Positions 1 to 7,900 of a DNA stretch of 32,000 bases are shown piece by piece. The stretch lies in assembly GCF_000014265.1 (NCBI RefSeq), contig NC_008312.1:5310001-5342000 (forward strand), read 5' to 3'. Position 1 is the stretch's first letter. The number at the start of each line of letters is the position of its first letter. The position numbers and the translations under genes were made by a program. The notes beneath the pieces were generated by a model. That model was not told where the DNA came from. It searched no databases and worked only from the letters and a program-made list of their open reading frames with translations. The DNA comes from Trichodesmium erythraeum IMS101 (GTDB lineage Bacteria; Cyanobacteriota; Cyanobacteriia; Cyanobacteriales; Microcoleaceae).

Positions 1-2454
1 GAACAAATTCTCCTCACCAGGGAAGACGGTACAACTCCCATTACAGGTTTACCTAATATAGCAGGAGTAGATGAAGAACCAGTAGACTTATCTGGCAATT
101 TACTAGGTTATGACCCCTTTGGTGCAGACCTTGAAGGTATTGTGATCAACCCTGCTGACGATACTTTCTGGACTGTAGATGAATATCGCCCTGCTATTTA
201 CCACTTTAATACTGATGGTTCACTTATCAACCGTTTTGTACCTGAAGGAACAGCAGCACTAGCAGAAACGGAAGCAGAAGCAGGAACTTTTGGTACAGAA
301 ACCCTACCAAAAGAATATTCTAACCGTCGCCGGAACCGTGGCTTTGAAGCTATTGCCCTGGATACAGACGCAGGTATTCTCTATAGCTTTATTCAAACAC
401 CTCTACAAAATCCAGATCGCGAAACTTCCGACAATTCCAGTGTTATCCGAATGTTAGGTATTAACCCAAGTACTGGAGAAGCTGTAGCAGAATATGTTTA
501 TCTCTTAGAAAAGTCTGATTTAGGTAGCAGTCCCAATGTTGATAAAATTGGAGATGCTGTCTATGGTGGCAATGGTAAATTCTTTGTAGTAGAAAGAGAC
601 TCCTCTTTTGATCCTACTGCCAAAAAGTTTATTTTTGAGATTGACCTCAAAGGTGCAACTAATTTGCTTGCTGATGATGCGCCAAGTTTACCAGAGGGTG
701 AAACTCTAGAACAACAAACTGCGGATGATTTAGCAGCAGTGGGTATTCAAGCAGTTAATAAAATTAAAGTAACTAACTTACCTTCCATTGGTTACACTGC
801 TGGAGATAAGGTGGAAGGTTTATCATTACTACCAGATGGACGGTTAGCGGTATTGAATGATAATGACTTCGGTTTGTTAGATGAAGAAATTCCTATAGAT
901 GGTACCATTCCTATCAACTCTGCTCCAGTACCAGTAGTTCTAGGTATTGTTGATTTCTCAACACTAAGTAATCAAATTGATCCTAGCGATAAAGATGATG
1001 GTTTGAATCTAAGTAACTGGCCTGTGTTTGGGTTATTTCAACCAGATAGTATTGCCTCTTTTGAGAGTAATGGTAAGGCCTATTATTTGACGGCAAATGA
1101 AGGAGACTCAAGAGATTATGATAATTTCTCAGAAGAAGTACGGGTAGGAGATGAGGAATATGTACTCGATCCTGAAGTTTTTGAAGTTGATGCCATAAAG
1201 GATGAAGCTGCTCTAGGCCGTCTGAAAGTAACAACCACAGAAGGGGATATTGATGGTGATGGGGACTACGACCAAATCTTTGCTTATGGGGGTCGCTCCT
1301 TTAGTCTTTGGGATGCCGCTGGCAACTTAGTGTTCGATAGTGGGGATGCTTTTGAACGTATTACTGGCAAAGACTTCCCCAATAACTTCAATTCTGACAA
1401 CGATGAAAATTCTCTTGATACTCGTAGCGATGATAAGGGAGCTGAACCTGAAGCTATAACTACAGGAGTTCTAGACGATAAAACCTATGCTTTTATTGGT
1501 TTAGAACGCATAGGTGGAATTATGGTGTATGATGTTAGCGAACCCACTGAACCTAGTTTTGTACAATATATCAACAACCGTGATTTCACGGCAGATGTTG
1601 AGACCAGTGCGGTAGGAGATTTAGGACCAGAAGGACTTAAGTTTATCTCTCCAGAAGATAGCCCCAATGGGGAGGCATTATTAGTAGTTGCTAATGAAGT
1701 TAGTGGCACTACTACTATTTATGAGTTTACTGCTAACCAAACTCTTCAGGGAATTCCAGGAGATGATGACCTGATAGGTGGTACGGGTAATGATAAGATT
1801 AATGGTCTAGGTGGTAATGACAGTCTCAGTGGTCTCGGTGGTAATGATACTATTAATGGTGCTGATGGCAACGATGATATAAAAGGTAACCGTGGTGATG
1901 ACCGTCTTATTGGTGGAAAGGGTCGCGATCGCCTCAATGGTGGTTACGAGAATGATACTATTTTCGGTGGTCATGGAGATGATACCTTAATTGGTCGTCT
2001 GGGTAATGACCAGATGTTAGGAGGTAAGGGGGAAGATATTCTCCGTGGAGGTCAAGGTCGCGATCGACTCAATGGTGGTGCGGGTAATGATATTCTAACG
2101 GGAGACGCAAGTATTGACCGGTTTATTTTTGCTGCTAATAGTAAATTTAGCCAGGCGAACTTAGGAGTAGATGAAATTACAGACTTTAACCCTGATCTAG
2201 ATTTGATTTTGCTTGACTTGAAAACTTTCACAGAAATTACCACTGCTTCTGGTGAAAATATTGGGGATGAGTTTGCTACTGTAGAAAGTAAGGGTGATGC
2301 TGCTACTAGTGACGCTATAATTGTTTATAATTCTAATAATGGTACTTTGTTCTACAATGCTAATGGCACCACAAATGGTTTTGGAGATGGTGGTCAGTTT
2401 GCCACTTTAACTGGCGCTCCTGCTCTCACAACAGATGATTTTGTGATTAGATAA
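1..2454 (+). CDS. Secreted phytase-like (esterase-like-activity-of-phytase family) plus choice-of-anchor-I-like domain protein with C-terminal RTX calcium-binding repeats; 5'-partial, start lies upstream of the window
   Basis: Frame 1 has no stop from nt 1 to the TAA at 2452-2454, so the GTG at 142 in the ORF track is only the first start-like codon. The N-terminal part (DLEGIV..DDTFWTVDEY..NRGFEAIALD..DKIGDAVY..FFVVERD..VEGLSLLPDGRLAVLNDNDFG) looks like the phytase-like family. The middle part (FQPDSIASFESNGKAYYLTANEGDSRDY..GGRSFSLWD..RSDDKGAEPEA..YAFIGLERIGGIMVYDVS..GPEGLKFI..LLVVANEVSGTTTIYEF) looks like choice-of-anchor I. Twelve GGxGxDxUx nonapeptides follow, then a tail with an ITDFN-x3-DLILL motif. 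Confidence 0.85.
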   Translation, partial: EQILLTREDGTTPITGLPNIAGVDEEPVDLSGNLLGYDPFGADLEGIVINPADDTFWTVDEYRPAIYHFNTDGSLINRFVPEGTAALAETEAEAGTFGTETLPKEYSNRRRNRGFEAIALDTDAGILYSFIQTPLQNPDRETSDNSSVIRMLGINPSTGEAVAEYVYLLEKSDLGSSPNVDKIGDAVYGGNGKFFVVERDSSFDPTAKKFIFEIDLKGATNLLADDAPSLPEGETLEQQTADDLAAVGIQAVNKIKVTNLPSIGYTAGDKVEGLSLLPDGRLAVLNDNDFGLLDEEIPIDGTIPINSAPVPVVLGIVDFSTLSNQIDPSDKDDGLNLSNWPVFGLFQPDSIASFESNGKAYYLTANEGDSRDYDNFSEEVRVGDEEYVLDPEVFEVDAIKDEAALGRLKVTTTEGDIDGDGDYDQIFAYGGRSFSLWDAAGNLVFDSGDAFERITGKDFPNNFNSDNDENSLDTRSDDKGAEPEAITTGVLDDKTYAFIGLERIGGIMVYDVSEPTEPSFVQYINNRDFTADVETSAVGDLGPEGLKFISPEDSPNGEALLVVANEVSGTTTIYEFTANQTLQGIPGDDDLIGGTGNDKINGLGGNDSLSGLGGNDTINGADGNDDIKGNRGDDRLIGGKGRDRLNGGYENDTIFGGHGDDTLIGRLGNDQMLGGKGEDILRGGQGRDRLNGGAGNDILTGDASIDRFIFAANSKFSQANLGVDEITDFNPDLDLILLDLKTFTEITTASGENIGDEFATVESKGDAATSDAIIVYNSNNGTLFYNANGTTNGFGDGGQFATLTGAPALTTDDFVIR
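1777..2100 (+). repeat. Block of 12 consecutive RTX (hemolysin-type calcium-binding) nonapeptide repeats inside the first CDS
   Basis: Translation reads GGTGNDKIN GLGGNDSLS GLGGNDTIN GADGNDDIK GNRGDDRLI GGKGRDRLN GGYENDTIF GGHGDDTLI GRLGNDQML GGKGEDILR GGQGRDRLN GGAGNDILT, in frame 1. Confidence 0.9.
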
Positions 2455-2472
2455 TATTTCTATCTTGTTAGG

Positions 2473-2526
2473 ACTTATACCGCTACTAATTAGGTCAAAG
2501 GTATAAGTTCTACAGGATTTTTTTTT
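2473..2526 (+). terminator. Possible intrinsic terminator of the phytase-like RTX gene
   Basis: A 9-bp stem pairs ACTTATACC (2473-2481) with GGTATAAGT (2500-2508), 19 nt after the stop codon. A T9 run lies at 2518-2526. The loop is 18 nt and the T run sits 9 nt from the stem, so the geometry is non-canonical. Confidence 0.3.
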
Positions 2527-2819
2527 GCATTTCTGAATTATTAGATGAATCTGATTGGAACTGGAACATCCACTGATGACAGAAGTTTTTAGGCAAGATA
2601 GACTCACTTCATTACTGTAGCTTCTGTAATGCTTAGGGTTTACTACAAGCTGATGAGAATAATTAACTATGATTTTGTTTACCTTGTCTCATGCTATTTT
2701 TGCAAATATGGTGGGAATGGCATTCTAAACATTACATAGGGGAACCGGGAACCTTGCATACTCTAATATTTTATATCATATTCGGATGATTACTTCTAAT
2801 AATGATTCTGGCTTGATTA

Positions 2820-2895
2820 TAAGCGATCATCTGAACATGATATTAGGTGGTGGGATCGATATTTTCATCGTTATATGTAACAGGGGTGTTAGTAG
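2820..2895 (-). pseudogene. Relic fragment (C-terminal half) of a paralogous or ancestral adhesin repeat unit, left of the IS insertion
   Basis: 2847-2874 matches 6785-6812 of the giant gene at 27/28 nt. After a 12-nt gap, 2875-2895 continues the alignment to 6825-6845. The minus-strand translation ..TNTPVTYNDENIDPTT matches TNTPVTFSIINNDENIDPTT of unit 28. The frame then reaches a stop at 2817-2819. Confidence 0.7.
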
Positions 2896-2943
2896 CTGGA
2901 GTTTAGACCATGGCAAACGCATCTAATTTTTTTGACAAATGAC
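2896..2943. repeat. Left terminal inverted repeat of the IS-like element
   Basis: Matches the reverse complement of 4697-4744 at 45/48 positions. The mismatches are at IR positions 5, 16 and 23. Confidence 0.85.
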
Positions 2944-3153
2944 TAAGAAGATAGTTTCTCTTTGAAACTATGCGATCGCGAAGCGCAATGGAAGTCTATC
3001 GCTTTTTAAATCACTATCAAAAAATACCCAAACTTTTAACCGTCAAAACTATCAAATAAATTTCATAATTAAGACTTAAAAAAAACTACTTAAAACTGAA
3101 TATTATAGTTTCCTTAAGTATAATTTTTATAGTAATAATAAAAATTTTTAACA

Positions 3154-4203
3154 ATGAAACTCAAGCCAAAAAAGAGTATTTATGAGTATTTTAGTGAACT
3201 AGAATACCCAAGGGTAGATAGAACTAAACGTCATAAATTAATTGATATTATTATAATTACGATTTGTGCTGTAATTTGTGATGCGAATACATGGGTGGAT
3301 ATAGAAGCTTATGGTGAATCTAAATATGAATGGCTAAAAAGTTTTTTAGAACTGCCTAATGGAATTCCATCTCACGATACATTTGCGCGAGTTTTTGCAC
3401 GTCTAGACCCAGAAAAATTACAGCAATCCAAAAAAAATCTTAAAAACCCATTCACATGGTCAGTGCCTGGGCAACAGCAAATCGCCTAGTTTTAGGTCAA
3501 ATAAAAGTAGACAATAAATCAAATGAAATTACTGCAATTCCCAAACTCCTCAAAGTTTTATCTATTTCTGGTTGTTTGGTGACTATTGATGCTATGGGAT
3601 GTCAAAAAGAAATTGTTAAACAAATTACAGAAAAAAATGCTGACTATGTAATTATTTTGAAAAAAAATCAAGGTGATTTTTATCAAAGGGTGGAAAAATT
3701 ACTAAATAAATTATTTAAAAATGAAAGAGAAAAAAGCCCACAAAGTGATTATTGTATATCTGATTTAACTCGTGGTCGTATCGAAGGTCGATACTATTAT
3801 ATGATGAGTAATATTGTGGATGAAGTCGATCCATTTGGGGAATGAAAAAATCTCAAATCAATTGGCTTCGTCGATTACTTTCGCTCTGAAAAAAATGGGG
3901 AAATAACTAGAGATACGAAGATATTACATTAGTAATTTAGATAATAATGCTGAAGTTTTAGCTGAAGCTATTCGTGGTCATTGGGGAATTGAAAACCAAT
4001 TAAATTGGGTTTTGGATGTTCAATTCCAAGAAGATGATTCTAGAATCAGAAAGGATAATGCTCCAGAAAATTTCGCAATAATCAGGCAAATAGCTTTAAA
4101 TTTATTGAATCAAGAAAAAACTGTAAAAACCAGAATCAAAAATAAACGAAACAGAGCTGGATGGAACAATAATTACCTTCTCAAAGTTTTATTCAGTCCA
4201 TAA
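3154..4203 (+). pseudogene. ISAs1-family (H-repeat-associated type) DDE transposase, inactivated
   Basis: Three ORF fragments (3154-3489, 3456-3845, 4012-4203) together carry ISAs1 hallmarks: an N-terminal RHKLIDIIIITICAVICDANTWVDIEAYG..NGIPSHDTFARVFARLDP, then HMVSAWA..NKSNEITAIPKLL..TIDAMGCQKEI..DYVIILKKNQ, then IRGHWGIENQLNWVLDVQFQEDDSR. The lesions are a frame change with an apparent internal deletion between about 3425 and 3450, an in-frame TGA at 3843-3845 where W is expected (GE*KNLKSIG), and a second frameshift near 3915-3925 (..TRDTKILH* versus YYISNL..). Confidence 0.85.
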
Positions 4204-4696
4204 TAAATTAGAGAATACAAACAAGGAAAAATATTCCCTAGAAGGATTTTATTTTACTGTGAAGTAGTAGATATAGTTATTTTAATTAAGAATGAAACAA
4301 TTTTTCCCATGAAATCCTTTCATAGCAAGAAACGCTGATCTCAATCTCAAGTGAAACGACTATATATTATTTATTTTACTTTGATTGCTTAAACATGATT
4401 GTATACTGTTAGTTTTCACAAGAAAAGTCAAACAATAATATTTGATGCTCCTCAAAAAAAAGTGATTGCAGACTATAATGTTTGGAATAAAACTCAAACA
4501 TTATTTGCTTTTGATTTCATCAATCAAAGTGATTGCAGACAGATAGAACAAATATAAATACTCCCATATCAGTTATCGTTCAAGGTCTAGCGCGATTGCA
4601 TAGCGCAGAACGGAGTTTGATCGCTAACTCGAAAATAGCGCTTGTGAAGCGTGAGCTAAGATGTCTCACAGACCCCATTCTCAGAACCTAGTCTTG

Positions 4697-4744
4697 GTCA
4701 TTTGTCAAAAAAATTAGATGCATTTGCCCTGGTCTAAACCCCAG
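4697..4744. repeat. Right terminal inverted repeat of the IS-like element
   Basis: Reverse complement of 2896-2943 at 45/48 positions, followed directly by the TTAGTAG duplication at 4745-4751. Confidence 0.85.
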
Positions 4745-4845
4745 TTAGTAGGGGTGGTAGTGCTATCGTTTTCTATTTTTCCTATATTTGTGAATTCTAT
4801 TAATTCATCCCCTATTTCAACAATAGCAATTATATTATACCGATG
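4745..4845 (-). pseudogene. Relic fragment (N-terminal half) of the same paralogous or ancestral adhesin repeat unit, right of the IS insertion
   Basis: The IS-excised relic segment (2875-2895 joined to 4752-4800) aligns to 6825-6894 with 6 mismatches in 70 nt. The minus-strand translation IEFTNIGKIENDSTTTPTN matches IEFTNIGKLENDSTTTPTN at the unit 27/28 junction. Similarity weakens upstream (YNIIAIVEIGDEL) and the frame is closed by a stop at 4846-4848. Confidence 0.7.
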
Positions 4846-4908
4846 CTACTAGATTTGATATAACTGCAGCTAGGGAATAAGTTTTTTCGCTCCTATCCTA
4901 TTCCCTAA

Positions 4909-7900
4909 TTAGATGATTAAGGAATTATTAATATTGGTGAATCTAGTTTCTATCTGCTCTGAGGTTGCAGATAAATTTTCTAAAGTGACTACAAATATAT
5001 CATTCCAGAATACTGAAGTGTTACCATCAACAGTATTCAAAGTGAAGCTTTGTTCATTAGTGGTTAGTCCATTACCTAATACAAGGAAGTCTTCAGTAAC
5101 ATTAAAGTCAGTAATAACATCTATTCCTTGGTCAAAGTTAACCAGGAAGGTATCGCTACCAATACCTCCAGAGAAAGTATCATCACCCTCCCCTCCATAC
5201 AATAAGTCATCACCTGCTTCTCCTAAAAGAGAGTCGTTTCCTTGGTCGCCACACAATACATCATTATCCTTACCTCCTAACAAAGTGTCATCACCTTCCT
5301 CTGCATACAATGTATCCTGATCTTGATTACCAAACATAAGGTCGTTTCCTGTACCACCAAATAACTTGTCTTTATGACCTTGCGTTCCCAATGTTGCTAC
5401 AGGTAGAGGTTTTTCACTGTCACCATATATGGTATCATCGCCAACACAACCACATATAATATCATTACCTTGATCTCCAAACATGAGGTCATTCCCTGAA
5501 CTACCATACATTAAGTCATCATCTTTACCACCTCGTGCTGTATCATCGCCTTCACCACTAATAATAACGTCATCAGCATCGTTGCCAGTGAGGTAGTCAT
5601 TTCCGACACCACCATTAATGTAGTCTTCATCCTCACCAAAAATATTATTGTTGCCACCAAAAATTGTATCATCTCCGTTTTCTCCTAAAAGAGTATCGTT
5701 TCCTTGGTCGCCAAAGATGCTATCATTATCTTTACCACCATAGATGAAATCATTTCCTTTACCTGCATTCACTATATCATCTCCACGATGACCTGCTATA
5801 ATATCCTTGCCGCGACCGCCATAAGCCAAATCTTTTCCTATTCCCTCTTCTGATGAACTTGAATTAGGATCTGTAACAATCTTGTCATCACCATCGTCAC
5901 CAAAGAGCGTATCATTACCTTTTTCTCCGAAGATTGTATCATCACCTTTACCTCCATAGACTTCATCATTATCCTTACCGCCCATGACGGTATCATTGTC
6001 TCGGTTTCCATTTAATAAATCATCACCCCTACCACCATTGAGCAGATCTTTCCCTGTATCATCTTTGTCATTATCACCACCAGTACCTCCTATAAGTAAA
6101 TCTTTACCTTGATCTCCTAGTAAGGTATCATTGCCAACATCACCTGATATTGTATCATCATCCTTACCTCCACGAACTGTATCGTCACCTTTTCCGCTCT
6201 TTATATAATCGTTTTGTTCATCACCACCAAGAAAGTCATTGCCACGATTACCCATAACTGTATCTTCACCCTTTCCACCAAACACAGTGTCACTATTATC
6301 TGAAGCGTTGATCTGATCGTCACCTGCCAAGGCATCAAAAGTTACTTGAGCTGCTTGAATCAGGTCATTACTTTCAATATCTTCGCTATCTTCTGTACCA
6401 AATGAAAGCTGTTCAAATTGGGAATTCATATCTATAAAAGGTACAACAGGTAAATCTACAAATGGTCTAGGTGGAGGTGGAGGACAAGAATGGTCATGAT
6501 CTATTTGAGACTCTTCTATAGTTTCTGAATTATTTGGAGTTACTTCTGGAGTTGCCGCTGGAGTTGGCGCTGGAGTTGGAATAGAGACCACTTCTACGGA
6601 AATATTTGCTGCTTTCAAGAGATTGCCAAAAATATCATTAGCAACATAAGGAATAGATGCCTCACCTTCAAAATCGTCCACGGGGGTAAAAATAACGTTG
6701 CCTTCATCTTCTAGGGTAAATGTGCCTTGGTCTAGTAGTGTGAATGTTTTCTGTCTTTCTGAAGCTTCAGTGTCAAGGTCGATAGTGGTAGGATCGATAT
6801 TTTCATCGTTATTGATGATGCTAAATGTGACGGGGGTATTAGTCGGGGTGGTAGTGCTGTCGTTTTCTAATTTTCCTATATTTGTGAATTCTATGGAAAT
6901 ATTTGCTTCGTTGGATACCTCTCCCAAGTTATCTTGAACAGTATATGTAATGGAAGTAGTAATACCAGTGAAAGTAATTTCAGGGGTAAAGGTTACCTTT
7001 CCGGTCTCATCTACTGTGTAGGTTCCTTCTCCTTCTACTACCTTTGTATTTTCCTGCTCTTCTGTAGATGGATCTAGGTCTATTGTAGTAGGGTCAATCT
7101 TGTCATAGTCATCAATATCGTTTTCAAGTATGTCAAAAGTGACTGGTTCTCCCTTTGTTGTACTGGCATTGTCATCAGTAGCTATGGCTGGCAGATTCTC
7201 AACTTCGACAGTTATCTGTGCTTCATTTGATTTTTGATTGTTGTCATCAGCAACAGTGTAGGAGATGGAGGAAGGTCCGGCAAAGTCTGTTTCGGGGGTG
7301 AAAGTTACCTTTCCGGTCTCATCTACTGTGTAGGTTCCTTCTCCTTCTACTACCTTTGTTTTTTCCTGCTCTTCTGTAGATGGATCTAGGTCTATTGTAG
7401 TAGGGTCAATCTTGTCATAGTCATCAATATCGTTTTCAAGTATGTCAAAAGTGACTGGTTCTCCCTTTGTTGTACTAGCATTGTCATCAGTAGCTATGGC
7501 TGGCAGATTCAGAACTTCAACAGTTATCTGTGCTTCATTTGATTTTTGATTGTTGTCATCAGCAACAGTGTAGGAGATAGAGGAAGGTCCGGCAAAGTCT
7601 GTTTCGGGGGTGAAAGTTACCTTTCCAGTCTCATCTACTGTGTAGGTTCCTTCTCCTTCTACTACCTTTGTTTTTTCTGGCTCTTCTGTAGATGGCTCTA
7701 GGTCTATTGTAGTAGGGTCAATCTTGTCATAGTCATCAAAATCGTTCTCAAGTATGTCAAAAGTGACTGGTTCTTCTTTTATTGTACCAGCATCGTCATC
7801 AATAGCTATGGGCGGCTGATTCACAACTTCAACAGTTATCTGTGCTTCATTTGATTTTTGATTGTTGTCATCAGCAACAGTGTAGGAGATGGTGGAAGTT

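Larger units (their letters stand above)
2896..4744 (+). mobile_element. IS-like element (ISAs1-family transposase, decayed), 1,849 bp, bounded by 48-bp imperfect inverted repeats and a 7-bp target-site duplication
   Basis: IR-L at 2896-2943 is CTGGAGTTTAGACCATGGCAAACGCATCTAATTTTTTTGACAAATGAC. The reverse complement of IR-R at 4697-4744 is CTGGGGTTTAGACCAGGGCAAATGCATCTAATTTTTTTGACAAATGAC, a 45/48 match. TTAGTAG occurs directly outside both ends (2889-2895 and 4745-4751). Removing the element and one TTAGTAG copy restores a sequence collinear with 6785-6894. Confidence 0.85.

Noticed and set aside
142-144. GTG at 142 as the start of the first gene, and GTG at 31528-31530 as the start of the giant gene
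   Set aside because: Both frames are open all the way to the window edges, and the upstream translation continues the same domain or repeat (..ARTVTVVVNDG for the giant gene). These are internal Val codons.
983-2607. Minus-strand ORFs 983-1234, 1485-1709, 1746-1937, 2052-2243 and 2407-2607
   Set aside because: They are antisense to, or overlap the end of, the well-supported phytase-like/RTX CDS. The Pro/Arg/Ser-rich translations at 1746-2243 are simply the reverse frame of the GGxGxD repeats.
2773-2843. An 18-bp imperfect inverted repeat (ATATCATATTCGGATGAT / ATCATCTGAACATGATAT, 16/18) with a 35-nt loop
   Set aside because: It lies in AT-rich decaying relic DNA with no flanking signals. Matches of this quality are not rare in such sequence, and I cannot assign a function.
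1925-2979. GCGATCGC (HIP1) octamers at 1925-1932 and 2972-2979 as proof of cyanobacterial origin
   Set aside because: I noticed only two copies in 32 kb and none in the giant gene. This is compatible with a cyanobacterium but too sparse to be decisive, so the taxonomic call rests on weak, combined evidence.
3119-3124. TATAAT hexamer 30 nt upstream of the transposase ATG as its promoter -10 box
   Set aside because: The surrounding 150 nt are extremely AT-rich, so such hexamers are expected by chance. No convincing -35 element or ribosome-binding site accompanies it.
3430-3460. Programmed ribosomal frameshift at the A8 tract (3430-3437) joining the first two transposase ORFs
   Set aside because: The junction lacks roughly 25-60 residues normally found between the ..RLDP.. 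and ..HMVSAW.. motifs of ISAs1 transposases. The gene also has an in-frame TGA and a second frameshift downstream, so decay is the simpler explanation.
4871-4907. Hairpin TAGGGAATA / TATTCCCTA (9-bp stem, 19-nt loop) immediately after the giant gene's stop, as a rho-independent terminator
   Set aside because: On the transcribed (minus) strand no U tract follows the stem. The loop is long, and the only homopolymer (A6 on the transcript) lies inside the loop. It may still be a stabilising 3' structure, but I cannot call it a terminator.
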